Assembly (NCBI GenBank): GCA_963832685.1
Contig: CAWHUZ010000001.1
Location: 291,051 to 355,050 of the forward strand
Length of the DNA: 64,000 bases
Reading direction: 5' to 3'
From: an uncultured beta proteobacterium
Lineage (GTDB): Bacteria; Pseudomonadota; Gammaproteobacteria; Burkholderiales; SG8-39
Of the stretch, positions 23,320 to 34,262 are shown piece by piece. How positions within the stretch are numbered: position 1 is the first letter of the stretch; every line of letters begins with the position of its first letter. The notes beneath the pieces are model-generated. The model made no database searches and was not told where the DNA came from. It saw only the letters and a program-made list of their open reading frames with translations. The position numbers were made by a program, and so were the translations under genes.

Positions 23320-24078
23320 TTGCTGCTGCTTGTATGCGGAGTTTCCTTTGCTCAGGCACCCGCGGCCAGCGCGCGGATTTCGGCGGCGTATCCGCCATCC
23401 GAGAGCGCGGCGGCGTGGCGCGGGCTCGCGGCGAGCTACGTGCGCAAGGCCATCCACGACCATACGCTGGACCGGGATCCGGTCTTGAACGCGCGCGTGG
23501 ACAAGGTGATGGCCGCCGTCGGCGCGGCGGCGGCCGCGATTGAGCCGCGTTTTGCCGCGTCCGCCTGGAAGGCCATCCTGATCGACGACTTCGGGCACGG
23601 CGCGGTGGCGTTTCCGGGGCAAACCATACTCGTCGACGCGAATTTCGTGCGCAAGCTGGCGCTCGGCGACGACGAGCTGGCGCTGATGCTGTGCCACGAG
23701 GTCGCGCACATCCTGGCCGGGCACGCGTCCGCCAAGCTCTCCTTCATGGCCGAATTCCTGGGCAAGGACAAGCTTCCCACCGCGCGCGCGGCCCTGCTCG
23801 AGTTCCTGGCCCGGGACTCGTACGCGCAGGCGTTCCAGGCAAGGGCGCGGCTGCAGGAGCGCGAGGCCGACAGGATCGGGGCGGCGATACTGTTCGTGAC
23901 CCCTTACGATCCGCAGCGGGCGCTGGGATTATTCGACAAGCTCGCTCGGCTGGAGCCCCGCGCGGATGCGAAGGTGCCCGATACACACGATAGCGCGGCG
24001 GCCCGCAAGCGCGCCGTTGCCGGCGTCATCGCGGAGCTGCGCCAGCGCGAGTCAGAGCGCAATCTGGAGCGACGCTAG
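23320..24078 (+). CDS. M48-family metallopeptidase (start approximate)
   Basis: DDELALMLCHEVAH..AGH, QEREADRIG, YDP..A, THDS. Confidence 0.8.
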   Translation: MLLLVCGVSFAQAPAASARISAAYPPSESAAAWRGLAASYVRKAIHDHTLDRDPVLNARVDKVMAAVGAAAAAIEPRFAASAWKAILIDDFGHGAVAFPGQTILVDANFVRKLALGDDELALMLCHEVAHILAGHASAKLSFMAEFLGKDKLPTARAALLEFLARDSYAQAFQARARLQEREADRIGAAILFVTPYDPQRALGLFDKLARLEPRADAKVPDTHDSAAARKRAVAGVIAELRQRESERNLERR

Positions 24079-24491
24079 CGCGTACGGCGCGGCGCGGGGT
24101 GCTTCTTGCGCGCGTGCGCCGCGTGCGCCGTGTGCGACGGATGCGTCTCGTTTGACCGATAAAGGGCCTGCTCGACCAGGTGCCGCAGTCTCTCCTGCCG
24201 CTGCCAGTAGCGATGATTCACCAGCCCCGGTTCGATGCTTGACGCCTGCTCACCGGGCCGGGGGTGCGCGCCATGCTCGCGCTGCAGTCGCGCCTGTTTG
24301 AGCCGGCGCGCCGCTTCGTTGGCGTCCACCGCAAATGCACGTTGCGACGAGATGACGGAGTTGCTGGCCAGCGCGCGGGACACGTCGATCGCCGAGACGG
24401 TCTGCGCCGAAGCGCCTGCCGCGGCGCAAGTCAACGCCGCGGCGCAGAGGAATCCGCGCGCGACATTCATAGTATGGTGGCGAGTGTTCAT
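24075..24491 (-). CDS. Exported hypothetical protein
   Basis: Signal peptide ASA-Q; PRPGE...YWQRQERL helical motif. Confidence 0.6.
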   Translation of the reverse strand: MNTRHHTMNVARGFLCAAALTCAAAGASAQTVSAIDVSRALASNSVISSQRAFAVDANEAARRLKQARLQREHGAHPRPGEQASSIEPGLVNHRYWQRQERLRHLVEQALYRSNETHPSHTAHAAHARKKHPAPRRTR

Positions 24492-24502
24492 TGGTTCTCG
24501 TG

Positions 24503-24537
24503 AAAGGGCCCGGAACGAGACTTCCGTTGCCGGGCCC
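24503..24537 (-). terminator. Putative terminator hairpin after collagen gene
   Basis: GGGCCCGG-AACG...CGTT-G-CCGGGCCC then TTT on minus strand. Confidence 0.55.
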
Positions 24538-24568
24538 GGTTGCTTGCTGCGAAGCTACTGCCGCTGAG

Positions 24569-25515
24569 TTATTGCTTGCCGACCAGGACCTCGACCCGGC
24601 CGTCGCGCTGCGCTTGCGGATCGCCGAAGGCGCCGGTCTGGATCTTGTAGGCCGGCACGCCGGCGTCGAGCAGAGCCGTGCGCACGCTATTGATGCGGCG
24701 ATTGCTCAGGTCAACGTTGTTCGAGTCGATCGAGCCATCGATGGCGACCTGTTGGCCGGGGTTCTGGTTCAGGTAACCGGCGATGTCCGACGCCTTGCCG
24801 GAATCGGCAGCGCGCAGATCCGACCGGTCGATATCGAACCAGTAGTCCCTGAACGGCGTCCAGCCGCTAACCGCTCCGCCCGGGCCTTGCGCACCGGTCT
24901 GGCCGATTGCGCCTTGAGGGCCGGCGGCACCGGTGCGACCCGTCGGGCCGACAAACCCCAACAGATTGGCGTTGCCCTGCGCACCGGTATATCCGGTTGC
25001 GCCTTGCGCGCCGGTGGCACCCGTTGCGCCGACCGGTCCGGTCGGACCGACCTGGGTCGGGCCTTCCGCGCCCGTGCTCCCGATTACGCCCTGGATGCCC
25101 GAGGCTCCGGTCGCGCCCGTCGCGCCGGCAGGTCCGGGCAGACTTTCGCCCTGGACGCCCGTCGCGCCGGTCATGCCTTGCGCGCCCGTTGCGCCGGTTG
25201 CGCCGACCGGGCCGGCACGCCCAACGACCCACCTGCCTTCACTTCCCGTGGCTCCGGTCGGACCTTGAATGCCGGCAGGGCCGGTTGCGCCGGTCGCGCC
25301 GACCGGTCCGGCCATTGCATAGCCGGTCGCGCCAGTGGCGCCGGTGGCGCCTTGTTGCCCGGTGGCGCCGGTGGCGCCGGTGGGGCCTGCGGGTCCGACG
25401 TAGCTTACCGGCGGCGGACAGACTCTTGCGTCGCGGGTTGAGTCGTGCTGCATCCCGCCGCGAACAGCCCGATAACCGCGAGCGCCAGCGTACTTTTGAT
25501 CATTACTCGTTTCAT
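24569..25515 (-). CDS. Collagen-like lipoprotein with C-terminal OmpA-like domain (frameshift near 25425)
   Basis: [22 protein letters not shown] lipobox in adjacent frame; long interrupted Gly-X-Y; C-term FD.DRSDL...[14 protein letters not shown]...RVEV. Confidence 0.8.
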
Positions 25516-25633
25516 GGCGAATCCTTTTATGTGACTGAAGACAAATGCGCACGGGGTCGAATCTATTCGTCTCGCAAGCGTGGGTGCGCGCTACGGTTGA
25601 TAAGCCAAGTTACGCTGCTTGCGGCGCCGAGTC

Positions 25634-25649
25634 GGTTCGCTGGCGCGCT
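25634..25649. promoter_or_regulatory. Degenerate box GGTTCG-CTGG-CGCGCT
   Basis: TAACTT (minus, 25612-25607) at the same 21-nt spacing, towards collagen gene. Confidence 0.55.
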
Positions 25650-25687
25650 TAATGCGGTGCTGCAGACGATCGGTGAGGCAGGGCGCG

Positions 25688-25876
25688 TCAGCGTCGCGGC
25701 TTGACGATGTCCTCGATTGCCTCGGTGGCGTCACCGACGCCTTTCTGCAGCTTTCCGGAAATCTGCTTCTCAAGCCCCTTGACCTGTTGCTTCCTGCTTC
25801 CCACGAGTTTGCCGGCCTGCTGCTGCAGCTTGCCCGCGACATCCCTTGCGGCGCCCTTCACCTGATTCTTGTTCAC
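25688..25876 (-). CDS. CsbD-family stress protein
   Basis: NKNQVKG...GKLQ..AGKLVG....KG...Q..GKLQK.VGDA; RBS GGAG. Confidence 0.88.
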   Translation of the reverse strand: MNKNQVKGAARDVAGKLQQQAGKLVGSRKQQVKGLEKQISGKLQKGVGDATEAIEDIVKPRR

Positions 25877-25919
25877 GTTCGATTCTCCGAGATTGCGCTG
25901 TAGTGAGTTGCGCGACGAG

Positions 25920-26270
25920 TTAAGAAACGGGACCGGAAGAACCCTGCGCAAGATCGACCACGATCAGCACGTCGTCGCCGAAGCGCGGGGCGCCGACAGA
26001 CATCATCAGCTGCTGCTCCTGCGCCGCGGACTCCAGGCGCAGGAAGCACAGCGCGCGCCGTTTCTCGGCCTGGGCCATGGTGAGCACGTCAAGCCGCGTG
26101 ACTTTGCCGAATTCAACGCAAAGCTTCTGCACCGCGGATTTGAGGCTCAAGGCGTCACGGCAGCTTGCCAGCGATTTCACGCGCTCGGCGCAGTTCGTGA
26201 TGACGCTGCCCGGGACGGGAGCTTGGCCGCTGACGGTGGCATTGGCGGCGCGCGACGGCGATTGGCGCAT
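25920..26270 (-). CDS. Hypothetical protein (possible RRM/ferredoxin-like fold)
   Basis: LCVEFGKVTRLDVL...LCFLRLES pattern; own box-linked promoter. Confidence 0.6.
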   Translation of the reverse strand: MRQSPSRAANATVSGQAPVPGSVITNCAERVKSLASCRDALSLKSAVQKLCVEFGKVTRLDVLTMAQAEKRRALCFLRLESAAQEQQLMMSVGAPRFGDDVLIVVDLAQGSSGPVS

Positions 26271-26328
26271 GGTGCACCTGAATGGAAATATGCGTGCAGC
26301 GATGATCTACCGCGTGCCGGCGCGAGTC

Positions 26329-26387
26329 CGTGCGATGCCGCACATATGGCGCAGCGTGTGCCAGCGCACCGAGTTCGCCGCCGAACA
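26329..26387. promoter_or_regulatory. Three boxes (26329-26344, 26355-26370, 26372-26387)
   Basis: CGTGCG-ATGC-CGCACA, CGTGTG-CCAG-CGCACC, AGTTCG-CCGC-CGAACA; GATCAT (minus 26307-26302), TATGGT (plus 26392-26397). Confidence 0.7.
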
Positions 26388-26436
26388 GGCCTATGGTGCG
26401 GATTGCATGGCACTACTTAACTGAATGGAGCTCAGC

Positions 26437-26940
26437 ATGAAAAGAACATTGATAGTGACCGCCATCACGGCGATATTTTTAAGCAGCGGAGGGCCGGCGT
26501 TCGCGCAGAGTCGCGGCGATCGTGACGGAAACCGAGACAGCAACGACCGAGGTCGCAACGAGCAGATGCAAGGCCGCGGCCAGCAGAGCCAAGACAGCAA
26601 TGATCGTGGTCGCGATGAGCGCATGCAGGGCATGCAGCGCAACGGCCAATACGATCAGCGCGGTAACCAGGCGCGCCAGCCGCAGCGGCGCGACGAGTAT
26701 CGGGGTCGCGCGCAGAACGACCACCGCTATGAGGGTCGCGGCGCGGGCCCGAACCATGCCTTTTACCGCGGTCAGCGCATGCCGTCGGAATACCGGCAAC
26801 GGCAGTATGTGGTCAGCGATTGGCGCGGGCACCATCTGAGCGCCCCGCCGCGCGGCTACCACTGGGTGCAATCGGGTGCCGACTATGTCCTGGTCGCGAT
26901 CGCCACCGGCGTCATCCTTCAGCTCTTGCTCTCCAACTGA
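26437..26940 (+). CDS. RcnB-family periplasmic protein with R/D/Q-rich disordered region
   Basis: Signal peptide; RGQRMPSEYR...VSDWR..HLSAPPRGYHWV..GADYVLVAIATGVI. Confidence 0.87.
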   Translation: MKRTLIVTAITAIFLSSGGPAFAQSRGDRDGNRDSNDRGRNEQMQGRGQQSQDSNDRGRDERMQGMQRNGQYDQRGNQARQPQRRDEYRGRAQNDHRYEGRGAGPNHAFYRGQRMPSEYRQRQYVVSDWRGHHLSAPPRGYHWVQSGADYVLVAIATGVILQLLLSN

Positions 26941-27015
26941 GCGCCGACATCTAAACCTAGCCGGCCACGGATTCGCCTACGGATCCGTGGCGCGGTCACT
27001 TGCAGGGCTCAATCA

Positions 27016-28146
27016 ATGAACGCAATATTCAGAATCGCGTTGGGGATGGTCGGAGCGGCCATCACGATGCAAGCGGCCGCACAGGTTACTTTTTACGAAC
27101 GCGAAGGCTTTCACGGCCGTTCGTTCACCACCCAGAGACAAATCGGCGACTTCGGCCGCTTTGGCTTCAATGACCGCGCTTCGTCGGTCGTGGTCGCCGG
27201 CAAGCGGTCGGAACGGTGGGAAGTCTGCCAAGACGTCCGCTTTCGCGGGCGCTGCGTGGTCCTGCGTCCCGGGAGATATCCGTCGCTGGCGGCGATGGGT
27301 CTGAACGACCGCGTTTCATCCGCGCGCACCGTCAGCGCGAAGGCGCACACCCGCAACGAGCGCTACGCGCCCGCGCCAGAGGTCGCACAGGCTACCTTTT
27401 ACGAACATCAAGACTTCCGTGGGCGGACTTTCAGCACCACGAAGCAAGTCCGAAACTTCGCCCGATACGGCTTCAACGACCGCGCCTCGTCGGTCGAGGT
27501 CGTCGGCGCGCAGTGGGAAGTCTGCGAAGACGTCCGCTTCCGCGGGCGCTGCAGGGTGCTGCGCCCAGGCAGGTATCCGTCGCTGGCGGCAATGGGCCTC
27601 AACAACCGCGTTTCGTCGGTGCGGGTCCTCGGCGCAAACAAGCACATCCGCAACGAGCGCTTCGCTCCGGCGCCGCAGGCCGAAGCGACGACCGGGCGCC
27701 ACGACTATCGTCGGCGCCACAACGAGCGTCTGTTCAAGGCAGACGTGACTTCGGTGCACGCGGTGGTCGGACCGCCCACGCAGCGATGCTGGGTCGAGCA
27801 CCAGCAAATCGCGCCTGAGAAGAGCGGTGCCAACGTCCCCGGCGTGATTGCGGGCGCCGTCATCGGCGGCATTCTCGGCCACCAGGTCGGCAACGGGCGG
27901 GGCCAGGATCTCGCTACAGTCGGCGGCGCCGTTGCGGGGGCCGCGATAGGCGCCAACGTCGGGCGCAACAGCGGCCAGCCGGCGCAGGTACAGGACGTCA
28001 AGCGCTGCGAAAGCGTGCCCAACCAGGCGCGTCCCGATTACTGGGACGTCACCTACAACTTCCGCGGCGAGGGGCATCGCATGCAAACGACCGCTCCTCC
28101 CGGCGCCACGGTAATGGTCAACGCGCAGGGCGAGCCGCGGGAGTAA
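27016..28146 (+). CDS. Exported protein with two beta/gamma-crystallin domains and glycine-zipper 2TM domain
   Basis: 2x TFYE...F.GR...FNDRASS...WEVC.DVRFRGRC.VLRPGRYPSL..MGLN.RVSS; GAVIGGILGHQVGNGRG..LAT.GGAVAG. Confidence 0.88.
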   Translation: MNAIFRIALGMVGAAITMQAAAQVTFYEREGFHGRSFTTQRQIGDFGRFGFNDRASSVVVAGKRSERWEVCQDVRFRGRCVVLRPGRYPSLAAMGLNDRVSSARTVSAKAHTRNERYAPAPEVAQATFYEHQDFRGRTFSTTKQVRNFARYGFNDRASSVEVVGAQWEVCEDVRFRGRCRVLRPGRYPSLAAMGLNNRVSSVRVLGANKHIRNERFAPAPQAEATTGRHDYRRRHNERLFKADVTSVHAVVGPPTQRCWVEHQQIAPEKSGANVPGVIAGAVIGGILGHQVGNGRGQDLATVGGAVAGAAIGANVGRNSGQPAQVQDVKRCESVPNQARPDYWDVTYNFRGEGHRMQTTAPPGATVMVNAQGEPRE

Positions 28147-28162
28147 CGTCGCGACGCCCGAA

Positions 28163-29539
28163 TCATCCCCATCCGCCGCCGAGCGCCTTGAACAGGCCGA
28201 TCGAAGCCTGCAGGCGCGATAGCCGGAGCTGCGCAAGCTGGTCCTCGGCCTGGAACAGGGTGCGCTGCGCGTCGAGCATGGTAAGCAGATCGTCGGCGCC
28301 TTCGCGGTAGCGGACTTCCGCCAGCCGCAGCGCGATGCGCGCCTGTTCGACTACCTGCGCCTGCAGCGCTTCCTGGTCCGCCGTGCGGCCGACCGAGGCG
28401 AGCGCGCTCTCGACGTCGGCCAGCGCGGCGAGAACCGATTTGCGGTAGCCCTCGATCATCTCGCGCTCGCGCGACACCGCCACGTCGACCTGCCCGCGCA
28501 AGCGCCCGCCGTCGAAACACCGGCTGCAGCAGCGACGCCCCGAGCGCCATGCTCGCGGTCGGCGCGTTGAGGAAGTTGATCAGCACGTTGCTCGCCAGCC
28601 CCGCCGATCCCGTGAGCGAGATGTCGGGCAGGAGCGCCGCGCGCGCCGCGGCGACGTCGGCGTTGGCCGCGGCCAGCTGCGCTTCGGCGCTTGCCAGGTC
28701 GGGCCGGCGGGCGAGCAGGTTGGCGGGAAGCCCGGGCGCAACGCGCGGCAACGCGAGCGCGGCGACGGATCGAGCCCGCAGCGTCGAAGCCCTCGGGCGG
28801 CCGGCCGGTCAGTATCGCTAGCGCGTACAGGGTCTGGCGCTGCTGCAGCTCGAGCGGCGGGATGGCGGCGCGCAGCGACAACACCGCCGCCTGCTGGCGC
28901 GCGAGGTCGAGCGCGGAGGCGGCGCCGTTGCGTACCCGCGCGTCCACCACCTTGAGCACGCGTTGCGCGATCGCCAGGTTCTGGCCCGCGATCGCAAGGC
29001 GCCCGCGCAGCGACAGCAGCTGGAAATAGCCGTTCGCGACGCCCGCCACCAGCGTGAGCCGGACCGTTTCCAGATCGAAGCGCGTGGCGCGCAGCGAGGA
29101 TTCGGCCGAGCGCACGCCGGAGCCGATCCGTCCCCACAGGTCGAGCTCATAACTCGCGCTGAGGGCGGCGCTGGAAGAATTCTCGCCGCTCCAGCTGCCT
29201 CCCGTGCGGGCGCGTTTCGCGGCGCCCGGTGCCGGCGCTGAAGTTCAACGCCGGAAACAGGGTCGCGCCCGCGATGCGCACCTGCGCCTCGGCCTGGGCG
29301 ACGTGCTCCGCGGCGATCGCCATGTCGGGGCTCGCGCGCAAGGCGGCGTCGATCAGGCGCGAGAGCTCCGCCGAGCCGAAGCGGCGCCACCAGTCTCGCG
29401 TCAGCGCGACCGCGTCCGCGGCGCCCGGCTCGGTCCAGGCGGACGGCATGGCGGGCGCCGGCGGCGGCGCATTGCTCGTCGCTCGCGCAGGCGCCGAGCA
29501 CGAGCGCGGCCGTCAACGATGCGAAGGGCTTCGCTTCAT
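28163..29539 (-). CDS. NodT/OprM-type outer membrane efflux lipoprotein (several frameshifts)
   Basis: [49 protein letters not shown] across frames. Confidence 0.85.
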
Positions 29540-31479
29540 GTCGCCAGCGCCACGATCGGATCCACCCGCGCCGCCTTGCGCGCCGGCATGTAGCCGAACA
29601 CCAGCCCGGTCGCGAGCGCGCAGCCGAAGGCGAGCAGCACCGGGCCGACCGAGTAGCGTACCGGCGTGCCGAACGCGCCGATGATCGCCGCCGCGGCGAG
29701 CCCGACCGCCACGCCGATCGCGCCGCCGAGCATCGACACCACCAGCGCCTCGGTGAGGAACTGCTGCAGGATGTTCCTCATCCGCGCGCCGGTGGCCATG
29801 CGGATGCCGATCTCGCGCGTGCGCTCGGTCACGCTCACCAGCATGATGTTCATCACGCCGATGCCGCCCACCAGCAGCGAGATCGCGGCGATCGACCCCA
29901 GCAGCACCGTGAGCGTGTTCTGCGTATCGGTGGCCGTTTCCAGGATCGAGGCCATGTTGCGGATGCGGAAGTCCGTGCTCTGGTGCCGCGCACTGCAGCA
30001 GCGCGGTGACTTCGTCCTGCGTTGCGTCGATGAGCGCGACGTCGTCCACCGCCACCGTGATGGTGCGCAGGAAGCTCTGGCCGAACAGGCGCAGCCCGCC
30101 GGTCGTGAGCGGCACCAGCACGACGTCGTCCTGGTCCTGGCCTTGCGGCGAGGCGCCGCGCACCGCCATCAGGCCGATAACCTGGAACATGACGTTGTTG
30201 AGCACGATGTACTGCCCGAGGGGATCCACGCCCGGCGCAAACAGATTGTCCGCGACGGTCTGGCCCAGCACCACCACCGCGGCGTAGCTCGTCACGTCCG
30301 AGCGTGGAAAAGAACATGTCCCCTGCTGAGCGGCCAGTTGCGCGCCACCGGAAACGTGGCGGAGGTTCCGGTCGCCTGGGTCTGGTAGTCGGAATTGCCG
30401 AAGCGCGCGGTGACGCTCCCGCCCAGCTCGGGCACGGCCGCCAGCACGTTGGGCAGCGCGGCGATCATGTCCGCGTCTTCCGGCACCAGCGAGGCGACGG
30501 TGCCGCCGACGCCGCTGGCGTTCCGGCGCGCCCGGGCGGATGAGCAGCAGGTTCGTGCCCATCGCGCTGATGCGGTCGAGCACCATCTGCTTGGCGCCGT
30601 CGCCGATCGCGAGCATCGCGATCACCGAGGCCACGCCGATCACGATGCCGAGCAGCGTGAGCGCCGTGCGGAAAAGGTTCGCGTGCAAGGCCCGCAGCGC
30701 GGTCTTCGCCGCCTCGAGCGCGCCGCCGACGAGCGAGGCGCCGCCTTCGTCCGCCCGCGGCGCGATCTCGGGCGCCGCCGGGCCGGCCGGCTGCGCGCGG
30801 GCCGGGATCGCCGACGATCGCGCCGTCCCTGATCTCGATGATGCGCTGTGCCTGCGCGGCGATCTCCTGCGCGTGCGTGATCAGGATCACCGTGTGCCCT
30901 TGGCGCGAAAGGTCGTGCAGCAGCGCCATCACTTCGATGCCGCTCTTGCTGTCGAGCGCGCCGGTGGGCTCGTCGGCCAGCACGATGCGCCCGCCGTTCA
31001 TCAGCGCGCGCGCGATCGAAACGCGCTGCTGCTGCCCCCCGGAAAGCTGGCTCGGCCGGTGCGCGAGCCGGTCGCCCAGTCCGAGCGAGCCGAGCAGCTC
31101 CTTGGCGCGCGCATCGCGCGCCGCCGGCGCCATACCGGAATAGACCGCCGGCACCTCCACGTTTTCCAGCGCGGAAACGGTGCCGATCAGGTTGTAGCTC
31201 TGGAACACGAAGCCGAACGCTTCGCGCCGCAGCCGCGCCAGCTCGTCGCGCTCGAAGCCCGAGACGTCCTCGCCCATGAAGCGGTAGCTGCCGCTGGTCG
31301 GGCGGTCCAGGCAGCCCAGGATGTTCATCAGCGTGGTCTTGCCCGACCCCGAAGCGCCCATGATCGCGAGGTACTCGCCCGCGTAGATCTTGCAGGCTGA
31401 TGCCGTGCAGGACCTCGACCTCGAGCTCCCCGCTGCGGTAGGTCTTGGTGACGTTCACCAGCTCGATCAGCGGCGTCAC
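29536..31479 (-). CDS. macB: MacB-type ABC transporter ATPase/permease (frameshifted)
   Basis: [70 protein letters not shown]. Confidence 0.9.
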
Positions 31480-32759
31480 GGGTGGCCGCCCCGCGAGGCG
31501 TTCGGCGCCAGCGCGCTGGCAGTTTGCGGCCGCGCTGCCGCCGCGGTGGGTGCCGTAGCGCCGATCACGACCGTTTCGCCGGGCTCGAGTCCGGAGACGA
31601 CCTGGGCCGAGACGCGGTTCATCACCCCGATCTTCACTTCGCGCTCCAGGACCTTGCCGCCGGCGCCGACCACGCTCACCCGCGCGACGCCGTTGGCGAA
31701 CTGGGTGCGCGGATCGAGGCTTGCGCCTGCGCCGCGGCTCCTGCGCGAGCCGGCTGCGGACGCCGCCGGACGCAGCGCGGCAAGCGGAACCAGCACCGCG
31801 TCCTTCGCGCTCGCGACGACGAAGAACACCTGAGCCGTCATCTGCGTCATCAGCGCCTGGTTCGGGTTCGCCACGTCGAACAAAGCGTCGTAGAGCACGA
31901 CGTTGTTCACTACGTTCGGCGTCGGCGGGATCTGGCGCAGCTTGCCGTAATAGCGCCGGTTGTCGCCGCCCAGCGTGGTGAAGTAGACGTCCATTCCGAG
32001 GCGCAGCTTCGGCACGTCGGCCTCCGAGACCTGGGCCTGAACCGTCATGGTCGACAGGTCCGCGATGCGCATCACGATCGGCGCCTGCTGATTGGCGTTC
32101 AGCGTCTGGCCCTGCTTGGCGGCCTGCGAGACGACGGTCCCCGCGATCGGCGCGTAGATCTTGGTGTAGCCGAGGTTCGCCTCGTCCCCGCGCAGCGTGG
32201 ACTGCGTCTGCTGGCGCTGCGCCTTGAGCGCATTCACCTGGGCAAGGGCCGACTGGCGCGTCGCCGCGGCGCTCTGCAGCGCGTCGGCCGTGGTCGCGCC
32301 CTCGCGCGTGAGGTTCTGCTGGCGCGTGTACTGCAGCCCGGCGAGCACGAGCTGAGCCTGCTTGTCGGCAAGCTGCGCCTGCTGGTTGAGCAGTTGCGCC
32401 CGGTCGCCGTCGACCTTGGCCTGGTAGACGGAAGGGTCGATCTCGGCAAGAAGCTGCCCGGCCTTGACGACCGCGCCGACATCCACCAGCAGCTTCTTCA
32501 GTTGCCCGGAGACCTGCGTGCCGACATCGACGTAGTCCTTGGGCTGAAGCGTCCCGGTCGCGGTGATCGTGTCCTCGAGGTTGCCGCGCTGCGCCGGCGC
32601 CGTGATCAGGCCGGGGTTCGCGCTGTCCCGCCCGGACCACGTCCGCCAGGCGTAGTAGCCGGCTGCTGCGAGCGCGACGCACGCGGCAAGAACGAGCGCG
32701 CGGCGGCCGAAGGTGCGTCGACTTGTCACTGCAACCGGGTTTTTGCTATTCGTGGCCAT
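31476..32759 (-). CDS. macA: MacA-type periplasmic adaptor
   Basis: ATGTLQP..YVDVGTQVSGQL, NLGYTKIYAP..GTVV, GQTLNANQQAP, VSEADV. Confidence 0.9.
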   Translation of the reverse strand: MATNSKNPVAVTSRRTFGRRALVLAACVALAAAGYYAWRTWSGRDSANPGLITAPAQRGNLEDTITATGTLQPKDYVDVGTQVSGQLKKLLVDVGAVVKAGQLLAEIDPSVYQAKVDGDRAQLLNQQAQLADKQAQLVLAGLQYTRQQNLTREGATTADALQSAAATRQSALAQVNALKAQRQQTQSTLRGDEANLGYTKIYAPIAGTVVSQAAKQGQTLNANQQAPIVMRIADLSTMTVQAQVSEADVPKLRLGMDVYFTTLGGDNRRYYGKLRQIPPTPNVVNNVVLYDALFDVANPNQALMTQMTAQVFFVVASAKDAVLVPLAALRPAASAAGSRRSRGAGASLDPRTQFANGVARVSVVGAGGKVLEREVKIGVMNRVSAQVVSGLEPGETVVIGATAPTAAAARPQTASALAPNASRGGHP

Positions 32760-32767
32760 GTCTGCAG

Positions 32768-33866
32768 CTAGCGCCCGAGCAGTTCGCCTGCGGGCTTCAG
32801 TGATTCGATCCGATCGAAGACCACCTTGGCGATCGCCACCAGCGGCGCGCCGAGCAGCAGCCCCCACACGCCCCACAGCCAGCCGAAGAACAGCAGCGCG
32901 ATGAACAGCACCGCGGCGTTCACGCGCGCGAACCGGCTTTGCAGCCAGGTCATGAAGGCGAACCCGATGATGCCGGAAATCAGCAGCGACGCGCCCGCCA
33001 CGGCGAGCGCGTACAGGAGCGACCCGGACTGCAGGAACGCGGCCACGCCGGACCCGAGCGCGAGCAGCGCCGGGCCGAGGTAGGGAACGAAGTGAAGCAC
33101 GCCGGCGGCGATGCCCCACACGCCTGCCTGGTCGAGGCCCAGCGCCAGAAATCCGAGCCAGGTAACCACCGCGAGCAGGGTGTTCGAGACCACGACGGCG
33201 AGCAGGTAGCGCTGCACCTGGACGTCGATCTGCTCGAGAATGCGCACGGCGTCTTTCTTGCGCGTCAACGACGGTCCGACCAGCTGCAGCAGCTTGCGCC
33301 GGAAGTGCTCTCCGGAGGCGAGCAGGAAATACGTCAGCAGCAGCACGATCGGGGTCTGCGCCGCGACCGTGACGACCAGCTTGGATTGCGCCAGCGTGTA
33401 GTCGCTCAGCCAGGTGGGTTCAGGCGTACGGGTTGCAGACGGGCGCGCGCTCGGCTTGCTGCCCGCGTCGGCTGCGGCCCCCTGCAGCTCTTTGGCGGCC
33501 TCCTGCATGTTCTGCAGCGCGCTCGGAGCGTGCGTGCGTGCGGAGCTCAACTCCTTGCGCAGTTTGTGCGCGGCCCGGGGCAGCTTCTCGATCAGCGCCT
33601 GGGCGTCGTCGCTGAGGGCGTAGCCGATCCAGGACAAGCTGCCGAGCATGAGCGCCAGCACCAGCGCCGCACCGATGCTGCGCGGCATGCGCCAGCGCTC
33701 GAGCCAGTCGACCAGCGGGTGCAGCGCGTAGCTCGCGAGGATCCCGATCAACAACGGGACGAAGAACGCGCGCGCGAGGTATAGCGCGGCGACCAGCGCG
33801 AACAGCGCGAGCACGCGGGCCGCCAGCGCCGCGGCGTCCGTGACCGGGAGCGCCTGCCTCGTTCAC
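32768..33866 (-). CDS. AI-2E family transporter (5' frameshift or start uncertain)
   Basis: Multi-TM, PLVDWLERW, FVPYLGP, FFGWLWGVWGLLLGAPL. Confidence 0.88.
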
Positions 33867-33900
33867 GACGGGGCCGCCTTGTCCGGCCCGTGCCGTTTGC

Positions 33901-34221
33901 CTAGCGCTTGGCGGTCAGAAAGCCGAGCACGACTCCGACTGCGACCGCGATGCCGACGGCGGACCAGGGATTGCCGCGCACGTAGCGGTCCGCCACCGCG
34001 GCGCTTTCCTTTGCCTTGTCGATCGCAGGCTGCGAGGCCTCCGCCAAGCCGGCTTTGGCGCTGGTCAGCTTATGCTCGAACCGGGTCCGCGCCGCGGCGA
34101 ATCCTTCGCCCGAAACGGTCGCTGCGGCCTTCAGCAGCTCCTCGCCGTCGGCGATCATTGTCCTGAAGTCGCCGGCCATCTTGCCCTTGGCGCGGTCGAA
34201 CTCTTGCGCTGCCTGTTGCAT
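33901..34221 (-). CDS. DUF883 (ElaB/YqjD-like) membrane-anchored protein
   Basis: D...MIADGEELLKA, DRYVRGNPW.AVGIAVAVGVVLGFL. Confidence 0.9.
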   Translation of the reverse strand: MQQAAQEFDRAKGKMAGDFRTMIADGEELLKAAATVSGEGFAAARTRFEHKLTSAKAGLAEASQPAIDKAKESAAVADRYVRGNPWSAVGIAVAVGVVLGFLTAKR

Positions 34222-34262
34222 TATCGCTCTCTCCGTGGATCGCAGTTGGTTGTGCCGTGGCG

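Noticed and set aside
24880-25400. Repeat array resembling CRISPR or VNTR
   Set aside because: It is Gly-X-Y coding periodicity, with no spacers or cas genes.
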